From: Chlorokybus atmophyticus
Taxonomy: Eukaryota > Plantae > Mesostigma and Chlorokybus algae
DNA: 64,000 nt
NCBI GenBank assembly: GCA_009103225.1
Contig: RHPI01001327.1
Span: forward strand, 62,001 to 126,000
Direction of reading: 5' to 3'
Under the pieces are notes generated by a model. The model ran no database searches. It was not told the DNA's origin and saw nothing but the letters and a program-made list of their open reading frames with translations. This document shows positions 1-22,480 of the stretch, piece by piece (within the stretch, counting starts at the first letter, position 1; the number at the start of each line of letters is the position of its first letter). The position numbers were made by a program, and so were the translations under genes.

Positions 1-1257
1 CAACTGCATATTGACTGCTGGATGTCTATTGGGGTAGAGGCAGTACGTTAGCGTGCTAGTAGTAGCCCGGTGGTCAACCAATGGTCATTTATATAACACC
101 TTGCATGTGTTGCTGCGTGCTGACTGGACTACACGTTGTGCATGCGCATGCATGTCCTGCATTTGATGTACATTACACGCGCATCACACAAGGGCCAACA
201 GTGGCCATCACAAACGGCACCCACGACTGTTGGGCTGCGCGGTATGCGCGGCCCGTCAGCCTCTCATTTGCTAGACGGCGACTATCTGCTGGCCGTTTGA
301 TCTGTTCTTAAACAGATCACGACCGTTCAAAGCACATCCCCATATCATGCAACCGCTTAGAATATATGCGCATAAGTGAAAACCCTGAGCACAACATGTT
401 GCACATTTGGCAGCCCATTATTTTATATGGCCTATATGTTATGAGCATGTACCACATTTATTAGTAGATTAAGTACAAGCGTTCCTGCCACGTCACGTGC
501 GCAATTTTCTAGTAAGTAGCACAAAGGTTAGGATACAAAATAATGCTAACCCTAAACTCATTAACGTTAAGATTCTTGTAAACAAAACTTATCTTAGTTA
601 TGCCACCGTTTTAATAACCGCGCGCATGATTACATGACAACGGTAACAGCCGCCATTGCCTAGAAAGGCAAAAGAGATGTCAATCATTGCAAAGTTGCTC
701 ATGAATATGTCAGCGGCAACGACATTTCAAAAGCAAGTCGAAACCTAGCGCTTTTCGGCGCCTTAATAACAGTTTGCGGTTAAAACGCGCGCGTCTTGGA
801 AGGTAGGAGGTGGGGGTGGGCCTTATACCCCAAACACATGCCGCCATCATTAACCATCACTTTAACAGATTCGCTCACTGCTACTTAGCATTAATTGATT
901 GCACATCTCAGCTACAGTCCGGCAACTATGGTCTTTAGCCGAACAACACACGCGTTTAAACATGACAATCAGCCATGCTTATTGCATTCGATCAAACAAG
1001 GTTTGAAAAAATATTCACAGATTGTACTTACTAATAATGGGTGAGTACTCTTGCCATAAGCCTCCGTTAATTTTATGCTTTGTGAGTAGTTGCTTGTCAT
1101 GCACAGATTGTGGCAAGACTCAATGCATGCATATGCCCCTCCTGCGGAATATAGATCCGAGCAGGCTGCGAGATTGAACAGCACGCAATATGAACGCAAG
1201 GTAAGCAGGACGTTATGAGGGTAACGAGCGCGCGGGGGGCGGGGGATGGCGCCAACA

Positions 1258-1492
1258 NNNNNNNNNNNNNNNNNNNNNNNNNNNNNNNNNNNNNNNNNNN
1301 NNNNNNNNNNNNNNNNNNNNNNNNNNNNNNNNNNNNNNNNNNNNNNNNNNNNNNNNNNNNNNNNNNNNNNNNNNNNNNNNNNNNNNNNNNNNNNNNNNNN
1401 NNNNNNNNNNNNNNNNNNNNNNNNNNNNNNNNNNNNNNNNNNNNNNNNNNNNNNNNNNNNNNNNNNNNNNNNNNNNNNNNNNNNNNNNNNNN
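1258..1492. other. Assembly gap (run of N)
   Basis: 235 consecutive N; the ORFs spanning it are artefacts. Confidence 0.99.
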
Positions 1493-2274
1493 GGGGGGCG
1501 GGGTGTCTCTTTTTAATTTTGCCATATCTTAATGATGTGATTTCTTTGCTCGATGTTAATGCCGTACGGTGTCATTCATATTAAAATTACTAGCATATTC
1601 GTTTTAATATACTTCGTAACATATGGGCCTAACATGTATGTTTTAACATTGCGCATGTTTATCACTTGCAGACTTACCACACTCAGATCCTCGGTTACGC
1701 AGGTGTTGCGGTAAAGTATTAATGTATTGCAATTATGTTCTTCAATTAATGAATGCATACAAGCACATGCAATCGACAAAGGTGCATACAACATGAAAAC
1801 GATGCTTCACATGCAGCATGCATATCCAAGACGTGCTAGCTACTATGGCGATCAACACTCATGATGAGTTGCATGGTGCAGTGCGATGTGCGCTGTATTT
1901 GGAATAATGCTATGAGTTGCACACGTATTTGCGACTGTGACTCAGATTTGACCCGTCATCATCCACAATGTCACATTCAACACCACGTATACTTCTCTGA
2001 ATCGAAACTGGACGAATGTAAGTTACTTGACGTTGTGTATGTATGATATATATAACGTTTTTACACATGCATACCTGCTGGTTGGCTTGCAAAGCCAATC
2101 TTGTGAACAACTTTGTGGCAAACTTATTGACAAGCATAAGGACTTACATTACTTATGGATGGAAGTCCCATCAGCACCACCGGTGGTGCAGCACTTTTAG
2201 AGCGAAGTCACAACACCGCACAAATGTGGAGAGGATGACCATTAGCCTTTTTACCTAGCTTCAACTCAAGGCGT

Positions 2275-2275
<1 letters not shown>

Positions 2276-2336
<61 letters not shown>
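2276..2336. repeat. (CA)n microsatellite, about 30 units
   Basis: Uninterrupted CACACA run. Confidence 0.98.
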
Positions 2337-2339
<3 letters not shown>

Positions 2340-3789
2340 ATAAGGGATGACAGGGAGAGCCCCTTAAATATCTGTTGGTCAGACACCCACGCACAAGTTG
2401 CCCTCTTGTATGTTGAATACACACAATGACGGGACCTCACACAATGTTACAACTTAGCCTGCATGCCACAGCTGGCTCCCCAAATTGGCATACGAACTCT
2501 AAGGATAACTCACTGCGCTCTGACCTATCACACGACACTTTGTACTTGTTGCAAATCCGCCCATATCATTACATGGACTATGTATGACGGCCGATGACGG
2601 CATCCTTGTTGCCCCGGAAGTTGGCTCATACCGACAATATAATGCCCGTCTACGGTAAGTGACGGCAGACTTCCATAGTGGCCTGCCGTTCGCGGCGCCG
2701 ACTGGAAGATGACCACTAGTTGACCGCATCTTTGCGTGGTCAATCGATGTTGACTGAGAGGTAATTGTGGTTTTGAAAATATTTCGCTAACTACAAAGCG
2801 ACTTATGCTGAAGAAGCGATAGCTAACTTACATTGTTTACGTGGAAACAGTGTAAGTTAGCTCAAAGGCAACTTGTTAACAGCTCGATTACTTGTACGTA
2901 AATGAAACAAAAAGCAAGTTGGCTCGTAGTCGACTGAAGGTAACCAACGGGTACCGGTTGGTTCATTCGGTGAGTTGGCGAGCAAATGACTGACGATGAC
3001 TTACCGTCAACTTTGACATGCCTCAACATGTGGTGTGGTTAGCGGTCAGGTGACTACCTAAGTATTGGGGAAGTATAAGTCAACAGCTACATGTGATGTG
3101 CTTACAATTATGTGTAATGCGCCTGTCAATGACTAGGGCTGGATGTATAGGTGACCGCAGGGCAATTGCAAGTCATGCATAACGATACTATCATCAACAT
3201 TGTGAATTAGATTGACATACGTTTTTATACACGTGTTAAGCAACAACTATTAATGCACCAAATTTATATAAACATCACATATAGTAAATTTATAACATAA
3301 CCTACATATATACATACAATCTATGTACTTGTATCAGCATTGCTAGAAAGCCTATGTATATACCACATGCAGATTAATGCACATGTCACATAGTGGTATA
3401 TCATACATTAACATGTGCCTTGGTGGTGCATGCCTTTGTGTTCACATGGTGTCAGCTGGCTTGGTGCGGCATCAAAAGATGAGCAACGACTCTTATAACG
3501 AGGGAACGCCTTCGTTCAAACTCTGCGCAGTCCCCCTTATCGTGGGCGGCAACCTCCGCGCCATTGCCACCGCCACCACCGCGCAAGCCTTGCGCAGCTC
3601 TCTACGTGCTCGCTAACCACTGGCCTGGCTGCAGTGACGGAGCTCAGAAAGGAAGACAAGGCACTCGCCTAACGAATCAGGTGAGAGAGTTTAGGGTGCT
3701 GCGTGCAGGGTGCTGCTCAGCAAGCTATGAGCAGCAGCAGTGGTGGCGGTGGAGGAAGGGGAGGAGAGTGATCGCCGTCATTAGCTGCC

Positions 3790-4560
3790 ATGGATGAAAC
3801 AGCGCCGGAGCACCCACACAATAGGTCTAAGACCGCCCTCTGCCGCTACTTCGCCCAGGGCAGTTGCTTCCGAGGCAGCCGCTGCACCATCACCCACGAA
3901 CCCAGGTGTGCGTGGATACAAAGTAGTTGAAATGCGTGTGCGTGTGTGTGCTTCAGTGCGTGTTTCAGTGTGCGTGCGTGTGTGCGTGCTCCAAACACCC
4001 GGTTTCCTTTTGATTGTTGTCAGAACTAGTTCAGCTCTTGCTCTCGCACAACAGATGAGTAAGCAAACAAGCCAATAAAAGAGTAGCAGACACGCAGGAC
4101 CAATAGTCAGTGATAGCCGTGCCATTCGCATGCGCAATCTAGTCAAGTCCTATTCTCATGCACATTGCTTTCTTGCTGCTGCTGGGAGCTCCTGCGCATA
4201 GCAACATCCATCAATGCATCCGCCAACCCTCCTCCTTCTGCTTCGCTACCCCCACACTTCCCTCATTGGTCCCCAATTATAAGCCTCACATGTACAAGAC
4301 GCAAATGTGCGGGTTCCAGTTGGGAGGGTACTGCGCTTGGGGCCACATGCATGTTACGATTTGGAATAAATCGTGACAGACCTCACTCATGGTAGCGTCT
4401 TTTGCTACCATAGCCTAATGGTCGAGGCCCACTTGTTACATGCACATTCGCTCATGGTGAGCAGTAAGCACCATGTGACCGGTTTCTTGCTTGCTTACTG
4501 TGATTCTGCTGCGTACATATCAGCTCTCACACATGCTATTAACAGAGAGTTGCGTGCGAT
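3790..4560 (+). pseudogene. Tandem CCCH zinc-finger gene; first finger intact, second disrupted (pseudogene or partial model)
   Basis: ATG 3790 reads MDETAPEHPHNRSKTALCRYFAQGSCFRGSRCTITHEP (C-x7-C-x5-C-x3-H) up to the donor AG|GTGTGC at 3905/3906. A second finger begins at about 4280 (PHMYKTQMCGFQLGGYCAWG) but loses frame; an AHSL..ELR-like tail follows at 4440-4560. Exon 1 is too short for the ORF track. Confidence 0.6.
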
Positions 4561-5127
4561 GGCATACCAACCCAAGTATTTAGTACCTGAAGTGCAGGTC
4601 AATGTAGGGCATGAACCAACTTTTACTCCTATGTTAAGGCCGCCATCCAATCCCCCGATGTATACTTATATGCAGTGAAATTGTTTTAAACCCGCAGTAT
4701 ATGAATCGCATGCTGACCGCAGCAACAGTGTAGGTGACAGTACAGGTATCAATAGTAGCGGTAGCAGTTACAACTATAATACACGAGCCACTTGTTGATA
4801 TAGTCGGTATAGGCATGACAAGAAGCTTTATTTATATAATAGCCAACTTTCTTTCTTGCCATCAGTCAATGAAGCTGCTCTCACGGAGTACCACATGCAA
4901 GTTGAGTCTATCACACATGAAACATTATGTCACATTCCGAGCGTGACAGATGTCTGCGGCAAGCTGCTGCTGTGCTTGCCAATCCATCTAGGATACAAAC
5001 CGACGTGTTGCAACAACACATGTAGTACTGCAGTTGGGCTTGTGCAGCTGGATGACACACTGAGCAAATTAGCCGTACACTCAGTTCCAATAAAAACACC
5101 TTACCATACGCCACCTAAGCCCAACAC

Positions 5128-5341
5128 ATGCGCAGCCTTGAAGAGAGATTTTTCAGACTGCGCCTCACACCACACTGCAACCACCAAGGCCAGAGTCCAT
5201 TCCACCCAAGCGCCTTTGGGCCAAGGCACAATAAATGCGCAGCCTTGAAGAGAGATTTCTCAGACTGCGCCTCACACCACACTGCAACCACCAAGGCCAG
5301 AATCCATTCCACCCAAGCGCCTTTGGGCAAGGCACAAAAAA
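5128..5341. repeat. Direct tandem duplication, two copies of about 107 bp
   Basis: ATGCGCAGCCTTGAAGAGAGATTT...GCAAGGCACA starts at 5128 and 5235 with few differences. Confidence 0.95.
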
Positions 5342-5515
5342 TGCACGCTTGTAGCCTGCTCGCGACACGCGCGCGGCTAAGGCACGAAGCAGGGCAAACA
5401 CACGCCACTGCACTTCAGTCGCGTCTGACCAATAGGAGGGCAGCGTCTGGCTGCAAGCGGGGGCTGATCTCTTTGCCAAAGCGAAGACGGCGGCGGCGTT
5501 GGCGTGGGAGAGGTC

Positions 5516-7816
5516 ATGGCGGCGGCGACGGTGTACCTCGGGGTGGTGGGTGTGGTGGGTGGGAGTGAGACCGTGGTGAGCCATCCACGCCAGCAGCAGG
5601 CGGCATGCTCGTCCGCCGCGGCGACGGGGGCGTCGTCGCCGCAGCTCGGCCTGGTCTTGAGGGGCGGGCGGCGGCGGCGGCACGGCAGCCATGCGGGAGA
5701 ACGTTTGTCCACAAGAGCTGGCGCCGCCGCCCCGGCAGGCAGCACCACCACCGAGCGGAGCAAGGTGCGTGCCAGGTTCACCTGCCCTTACTTGCCTCTG
5801 GGGTGTCTTGAACCATGAGCATTGTCTGCTGCATTGCGTGACTGTGGTTGTGTGTGAACATACAGTCTCTCTGAGTCAAACATGCTTGCTTTTACGGCTG
5901 CAGTTGACACCTGTCGCGCTGGCAATGCATTGCAGGATGGCGACGCCTCCAGCAACGGGCTCAGCCGGCGCCGTCCGACACAGGAGCAGGACACAGTGCA
6001 TGCACCCCGTGCCGCAGTAGACTTCGCGGATGAAACGTATTCACAGCAGGTACGAAAAGCATCGACTTGTTACCCTTTGCTTCATGCAACAAATGCCCAT
6101 GGTTGTTTTCTCGCTGCAAGAAATGGCAACAGTGGCAGAAGCAGCACTGGTTTGTTGCACTCAGGGTCCAGTGTACTCACGCACACACCCACATGCACAT
6201 TCGCGCCCAGGTGCCAGAGGGTCACAAGGAGCTGCATGGTTTCTTGTATGGTGACGGTGGTGCAGAGGTGCACGGGGACGCGAGCTCGACGAGCGTATAC
6301 GTGCCTCGCGATGGCGAGGATGACGGTGCGGTGGTGGTTGAGCTCGAGCAGTGGGCTTCTGTGCGGGAGCTGGCAAAACCCGCCGGCGTGTACGCTATCT
6401 ACGATGAGGCCGACACCCTCCAGTACGTTGGGTACTCCCGCAGCATGGCTGTGGCCGTGCGCGCCCACCGCGCCCGCGCGGGCCCACACAAGGCCGCGAA
6501 GGTCCGCGCACGTGTTGTTCGTGACCCCGCCATGATCACGCGTACACGCCTCGAGGCCGTGCGCGACGAGTGGATGACAGATGAGTTTGGACACGTCCCG
6601 CTTGGCAATGGCTCAGAGAAGGAGTTGTGGGAGGGTGTTGGGAGCCTTGCAGCCGTCATGACGGACGCCGAGCGTGCTGCTTACGAGGAGAAGAAGCTGA
6701 AGATGCGCAAGGCCATGGGCGAGAATCTCTACGATGATGTGGAAGGCGAGGCCGAAGACTCCAAACAGCGTCGCCTCAACCTGCTCAGGGCTGTGGAAGG
6801 TGTGTGAAACAGGACCAACTCACGTGTGCAAGCGCGTGCGTGCACGGGTGCGTGTTTGTCTGCGGTGGTACTTGCATGCTCCTTTTTGAATAGGCCTTTG
6901 TCAAGCGTGCATGTGGCATTGTGCAAGCATGAAAGCACCTGTGTCTGACGTGGTTTTGTGTGTATTGCAGGTGATGACTGGAGTGGTGTGATTGATGGTC
7001 AGACCAAAGAAACGGTTGCCATTCCCAGCAGAACGCCAATTCCGTCACCAGCCCCAGTGGAACAGATTGTCAGCCCATTTGCTCGAGCCAATGCACCGAG
7101 TGTGGGCTCTACTGCGTTGCCTATGCTAGAGCTCACGCCCGCAAATGTTGACAAGGTCCTGGATGAGGTGGGTGTAGATCATTTCTGAAATTTATTTGTC
7201 AGTGCCTGAAGCAATGTCAATGTCAACACATGTTACTTGTCAGGTGCGGCCGTATCTGATTGCCGATGGAGGCAATGTGGAGGTGGCGGGTGTGCATGAC
7301 GGTGTGGTAGCTTTGCGCTTGCAAGGTTGGTGTAGTTTGGTACATCATGAGGTGATGGTATTGTGCAGAAGTGATATTGCAGACGCTAATTTGGCTCTCG
7401 CCAGGTGCGTGCGGGACATGCCCGAGCTCAACAGCAACAATGAAGATGGGTCTTGAGAAGTCGCTGCGGGCACACTTTGGTGACATACTCAAAGAAGTGG
7501 TGCAAGTGGACAAGACTGACATCACCGCCACAGTACAAGTATGCCTTTCCCAAACGTTTCCTATGTTTGTTCATTAGAAACAATGGCTTGAATCTGACAA
7601 AACTTGGCTCGTCCTTTGCAGAAAGTTGATGCGCACTTGGACATGTTGAGGCCGGCGATCACCAATTATGGCGGGAGCGTGGAGGTTGTGTCGGTGGATG
7701 CGGCGGCGGGTACGTGCGAGGTGCGCTACTCTGGGCCCCCGCCCATCGGCATGGGCGTCCAGGCTGCCATCAAGGACAAGTTCCCGGACATCAGACAGGT
7801 CACTCTGTTGCAGTAG
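5516..7816 (+). CDS. NFU1: Plastid NFU-type Fe-S cluster transfer protein with an N-terminal GIY-YIG-like domain
   Basis: Seven in-frame exons: 5516-5764, 5936-6049, 6211-6799, 6971-7167, 7244-7325, 7405-7538, 7622-7816. Transit-like N-terminus; GVYAIYD..LQYVGYS motif; NFU domain VRPYLIADGGNVEV..LQGACGTCPSS (CxxC); second NFU domain lacks CxxC. Confidence 0.9.
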
Positions 7817-8708
7817 TCGTAGCGCTGCGGTAGTCAACCTATGGCTAGCTTGTATACATTCATGTAGATTGCTGTTGACACATTTTGCGTTAGGTAGGTA
7901 GCTGACGGTGTAAGCTGCGTGTGTATTGTTCAAATGTAAACGACCAGTTCATGAAGAGTCTGTCATGTAAGGCCGTGTTGGGATCACGAGTTACAGTGTG
8001 TGTCAACTGCAAGTATGCGCGCTGGCGGCTGCGCACTGGCGGTGATGTCCGTCAGCGGCATGTCAATCACAGTGCACAGCGTTGTGCCAATTGGTACAGA
8101 CAACAATAGCACAAGATGTCAGCTTATGTCGCGACTGTGCATGCGTAGCCTCTGTGCCACTATGTAATGCGCTGTTTGTCACCAGCCTGACAATGCGACT
8201 ACTACCAGTGTCACCAATCACAATGCGATATACTGCGGCCCGCAATGCGCAGCTGTAGGTGACAGTACACACAAGGTGAATGGCGTGATGTTGAAGTCAG
8301 TGCACTGCAACCAGCCGGATGCGAGCCTGTGCATTGCAACTGCAGAATCAAATCAGCCACTTCCATGCAAAGCCCTATCCACCTTCCCACTATCGTCGCC
8401 GCGCATCATACAGTCTGACAAGCAACTTGCGTCGGCACATGGTCACTCCAACAGTCAGGTGTGCGCCATAAGCATTTGCATACCGTATGATATTGCAGTG
8501 TAAACCATTGATACAACGCAATAGAGTAGCCTACAAATACAAGAAGAGCACCAGGACTGTCCAGTGACTGGCCACAGCTCTGGCCCCTGCACATGCTTCT
8601 GAGCACCTACTGCGCAGCAAGCAGTATTAATAATAGTAATAATAATTATGCAAAGAATATGTGCTAAGGCCGGTCACTGTCAACTCGCTTACTATCCTCA
8701 CCAACTGA

Positions 8709-9974
8709 CTACTTGACGGCATCAATGAGCGTTTGAAAGCTGGTGACGAACCAATCAGCATTGGCCTTCACAGTGGGCCGCACTTGCATGCCACCATAAC
8801 CGATCACAACATCCGCAGCACCGGGTTGGCGCGCCTGCAGTGATGACACGTGAGCCTGATGTCATAGTGTGAGCACACAAGAGTGCCACACATACCAGCG
8901 CAACGCACCTGAGACTTTGGCATTGCCAGCGCAAAAAGCGAATTGTGGGCAATGGACGTCACACACGCATGTGCATGCCAGAACAAGAAATGTGCATACG
9001 CATACACATTGAATGGAACAGTTGACATGCAGAGAACTTTGTGCGTCAGATTTTCAAGAGAAGTAACGCAGCTTCTTGTCAGATGTCAATCACAACTTTA
9101 CATAGTGTCAATCGCATAGGAGCGCATGCTGCGTTGTATGCGACAAAGCGAGCGTGCATTGCACTCAGTGCCAAGCATGACCACCCACCTCAAGGTCAGT
9201 GGCGCCGTCACCGAGCATGACAACAGGCCCGCGATAAGCATTATCTCTTCGCAGCTGCGCGACGGCGCGAGCCTTGCCGCCCGCGCGTGACGTGGGTTCA
9301 GTGGGGTCAAAGCCCACATACTCCCCTTGTTCATCAAACAGCAGGCGATTCGCCCGCACCCTGCTGGTAGGGATGCCCAGCATGTCGGCGGCGGGCTCAA
9401 CCATCTCCCTGAACCCGCCGGAGACAAGCCAGACGTGGGCGCCACGGGCGTGGAGGAGGTGGACGAGGTCGGCGACGCCGGGGCTGAGGGGAGGGGGGCG
9501 GGCGGCGAGGAAGCGCTGGAGGGCTTGCCGGGAGGGGCGCATGAGGTTGAGGCGGGCGGCGAGGGCCTCGTGGAAGGGGGCGCCGCCCTCCATGGCACGC
9601 GCAGTCAGCTCGGCCACCGCCTCGCCCACGCCCAGGTGGGCGGCGAGCTCGTCTATGCCCTCGTCGATGCACACCGTGCTGTCCACGTCCATGCATACGC
9701 AGTCCGCCTCTCTCAGTGCGGCCCTCGCCGCATCCTCCCTCAGCTGCATGTCCTCAACCACACTCGCCCCTCCCATCGCTGACGCCGACGAAGAGGAGGA
9801 GGACATACTGGCTGCTGCCATCACAGACGGCGACATCCTCACCATGCATGCGGGCTGCTGCGCCGTTCTCCTCATCCTCCTCGCTGACACCCTGTTGGTG
9901 GCCTGGGAGGTCATGTCGCCCAGACCATCCACCATGCCAACGCTCCGCCCCACCGCCGCCGCCGTCGCCACCAT
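8709..9974 (-). CDS. PSP: Phosphoserine phosphatase (HAD family), probably plastidial
   Basis: Exons 9974-9189 and 8834-8709. HAD motif I DVDSTV, LVSGGF, GGKARAV, GDGATDLE|ARQPGAADVVIGYGG; stop TAG at 8711-8709. Confidence 0.93.
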
Positions 9975-9976
9975 GA

Positions 9977-11925
<1,949 letters not shown>

Positions 11926-13800
11926 TGTCCCCATAACGTAGCTGGTTGTTCCTTTGTGCAGTAATGGTATACAAGCTGTCAGCATGGGCAAGCTGGCTGT
12001 TGTCTGCTACATATATCTATCTAACAGCTAGGGATAGTTATGACATCAGTTGGGTTAACTAGCGACGCCCAGCATTGTTCTGGTCAAAGCAGACTGTTGG
12101 TTAACTGGTCAGTGCTGCTTCTTTCATGGACTCTTTGCAGAGTATGCCGTGCCACGGTTACCCTTGTGCGTGTTGATGTGCGACTGCATTGCTGGGCCAA
12201 GCAGTTGTTTGTTCTGCTCCGCAAGCTAAGTCCCCAATGTCAGCTATTTTATCGAGTGTGAATGCATTCATAGGGTATAGTGGTATTCTATGGAGTGTGA
12301 ACGTATTCATAGGGTGTTGAGTTAACCAGCCAGTCACAAAGCAACCGCACAGTAGGCAGGGCACAAAGCTATGTGTGCCCTGCCTACTGCTGATTATCAA
12401 CCACAACCACTACCACCAAAACCACCAACAAGCAGCACAAACTAGCTGTGGCTCAAGGCCCTTCGACTACTGAGGCGGACGCGGCACTTGTTTAGCGTGC
12501 CAGTGTGTGTACAGGATATGCACGAAGCAGTTTTAAGCATGCATTGCGCACACAAGCACATACTGCAAACACATGCAAGCATGCTCCTACACACATCACC
12601 ACCGGGCTATTATCTATTGCTTGTTCTTACTCACACTCGCTACACGATGCTAGACCGCCCCGTTAGACATGCATACATGCATATCAATGTGACTTACCTG
12701 CCCAGACGGGCACACAAGTGTACAGGATATCGAAGTTGCTATTGTGTGTGGATTGTCCGTGAATTTGATGCAAGACGCACACTCAAGCACACAGTCCACC
12801 AGCATGCACACAAGCACAGAAGCATGCACAGAAGCAGCACCAGGCAACCTTTTACCACAGGGGCACGTAACTAAGTGCTGTAACTAAGTGAATGCAACAG
12901 GGTGGTGAGGAGCAGGCAGAGTTGTTGGGCAAACAAACCTGGGCACAGACGCTGTGTGTGTAGATCGGTGTGTTTGTTGTGTTCGGTTGGGCATGGTGGC
13001 AATTAGGTCTGGTGACAGCACTGATATCCAACGCTTGGTTGTCAATCATAATCGAGAGGTGTGTTGTTAGCTAAGGAGCTGGGTTCCTATGTGTATGGCA
13101 AGGCAAGACCAGGGCAGGGGCAGGCGAGGGCAGGTTGGAGTTGTGCTATATCTACCTGCAGATGGCAGCAGAGGGGCAGAGGAGAAGAATAGGTTTGTTA
13201 AGCGCCCAAGGGCGACTGCAACGACGACCAGGACCAGGACCAACAGCCCCATTCATGAGCTAGCTCAACGGTATTGCCTGTTTTGACTAGTAGAATTTGT
13301 TCACATCACGTATACTCTGGTGTAAAACCGGAGATAGTCATCATACCAGATAAGTGGTTAGAATCAGCATACAGCATAATATTGACAATGCACACAGCAA
13401 CTTGTGCATATCTCGTGGTGTTCAATGAAAAAATTCTGTTGTGACCAAATTCAATGTAGTGACAGTCATGTGCAGCAACTGTTGGGCCAAGCGATGCGCA
13501 TTGTAGGCGAGTGATCCAAGAATATCACGCACACATTGTCTCAAGACCGCAATGCAGAGCAGGACTGGGCAGAGCGATGTCAACATCAAACCATACGCAA
13601 GACATGAGACAAGCACATATGCCTTCACAGTTGCCACATCTCAGAAGAAACTGCAGTACTGCAGCACCAGCGACAAGATCATCCACAGCTGTAGGTAATC
13701 CTTATATTAACAACCACAAAGCTGTACAGCAAGTGTTTGTGTCAACAGCACTAAAAACACGATGTGATAATCTACACAATGGGTGGTGGGGAATCTACGC

Positions 13801-16052
<2,252 letters not shown>

Positions 16053-16076
16053 CTACACCAACACACTGCCTCCACC

Positions 16077-16085
16077 TTAGGGTTT
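16077..16085 (-). promoter_or_regulatory. Telo-box (AAACCCTAA) just upstream of the FtsH start codon
   Basis: TTAGGGTTT on +, 34 nt before ATG 16043; function inferred from plant telo-box knowledge. Confidence 0.45.
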
Positions 16086-16427
16086 GGTCTCGCTCTTTAC
16101 ACTGCACGGTGGCAAGGCAATCTGTATGCCACATATCGGACGCAGAAACGCAAAGTGCCAACATGGACCCACGGTCCGTGGGGCCACGGACACCGTTGAT
16201 ATTGAAGGAGATAAAGCCCTCAGCCTACGTGGTGGGCGCGACGTTGGCGAAGCGCCTCTATCGGACGACACACAGTCGCCCACGGCGTTGCCATCCCCGC
16301 GGCTGGCGCTATCCACGTCGACTAGCGTGACAAGTTAGGGCTAAGCATCGGACGGTCGAACTGTAGTGTCAACTTCAACGGCTCGGATAGGCCGGAGTCG
16401 GGCCGCGGCGGCAGTGTTGTCAGCAAG

Positions 16428-20969
<4,542 letters not shown>

Positions 20970-22480
20970 GGTGTTGGCTGTTTGGTTAGATTTGCGTAGT
21001 TACTTAATACTTGTTAGACCTGGATACAGGTGTATTTAGATGGTTGTACATATGAATCACTGGCTTCAGCTGGTTGTTGGTCTTGGCAGCTGTTGTCCTA
21101 TGCTGGCTGGTTGCTGCCATATTGCAGCAGGGACCAAAATTCTCGCTGTGACTCGAGATGACACGACATTGCTGCTGTTAACCGACCATGCCTCCACTGA
21201 TCTTGCAATCTGTGTTATCAATGATTGCATTGGTACGCATGCGTACAATCCTCAAGCGGTTGTTTGGATAAAGTCCGCAAAGATGATGACCCGTGGAAAA
21301 GATGAACCGTCAGACACAATCATTGAGTATTGTACTTTGCGAATGTCTGTGTTGCATATGCAAACACACTGGCATATGGTATAGCAATAGGCATTAGCAC
21401 AAAGCATTACACGAGACCAACACCTTCATTAACCATAGAGCACCTTCATTAACCATAGAGCAACAAAGCACAGCTACGCGGGGCTGGACTTTGTGTACCT
21501 ATGTGCGTGCAATAACAAGCAGTAACCGAGGCTGGGGAGTAGCAGTGTAGCAGCTGGTAGCTACCTGCACAGCACGAGAGAGGAGTAGGGAGAGAGAGGA
21601 AGCTGTTAGGCCTTGACCGACCCGGACCACAAGAAAGTGAGAGCGCACCGCCAGGCAATATATACCCCTTCTAAAAGCATTGGAACAATGGCTGTAGGCA
21701 TTGCCCATGCCAATATATTAATATGGCATGTAAGCACCAGGTTAGCATATGCAGTTGTGTTGATACTTGGCCTTGAATGGCTCAGACCCGTAGACCTGGC
21801 TCAGGCACACGGACCTGCCACGTTACTGCAACCACTGCATCTGCTTTCTCTTTTGTTTTGTCGCTACACAGGCGGTATCCAAGTTTGTTTGTTATACCCC
21901 TTGCATTGTGCTGGTGTATGGTGTCTAACAACGGTGGTGCCTGTGCTCATTCAACAATGCTGCTGCACAGTAGACAACAGTGCTATAACGCAGCACGAGC
22001 CGACTTCCCTACTGGCTGTAGATGAATATCTCAGAGAATTAGCGACTTCTACCAGCACACAGTGTCTCATCCACTTATGTATGGTCCAACACTTATCCAC
22101 TTATATCAACTGTCCCCTCCGTAGTGTACAGCCGATGCAGTTGAGGGGAAACGGGGAAGGGGCGGGGGGGGGCTTAGTCTGAATCCATGTGTGTGAATGG
22201 GGCCCATTGGAAGTTATCATGGTGATTGCCACCTCGACCACTGAGACGCATGTTAACTGTACTGCGATTGCATACTTCCAGCAATAGTCGTCATGCTTAG
22301 CAACTTAAGCAACGATTGTCTCACTGCATGTCAACCAATCCCGGAACACCAACCCAAGGATTGGCATCGACACACGTTAAAAACAATTCAAAGAAACACA
22401 CACATTGAAAAAGACATAAGCTAACTGCTGATCCCTGTCTAGGCTGTCAACTCAACTCAACCCTCAGCACCATCTGTCAC

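Noticed and set aside
1097-1584. ORFs of 105-142 aa
   Set aside because: They consist mostly of the N gap.
170-3100. GC-rich patches resembling transposon subterminal repeats
   Set aside because: No TIR pair, TSD or coding motif could be defined.
13050-13270. Possible dispersed repeat shared with 21560-21660
   Set aside because: Only patchy purine-rich similarity by eye; not supportable without an alignment.
21421-21462. 20-bp tandem duplication CACCTTCATTAACCATAGAG
   Set aside because: Real but an ordinary slippage product with no associated structure.
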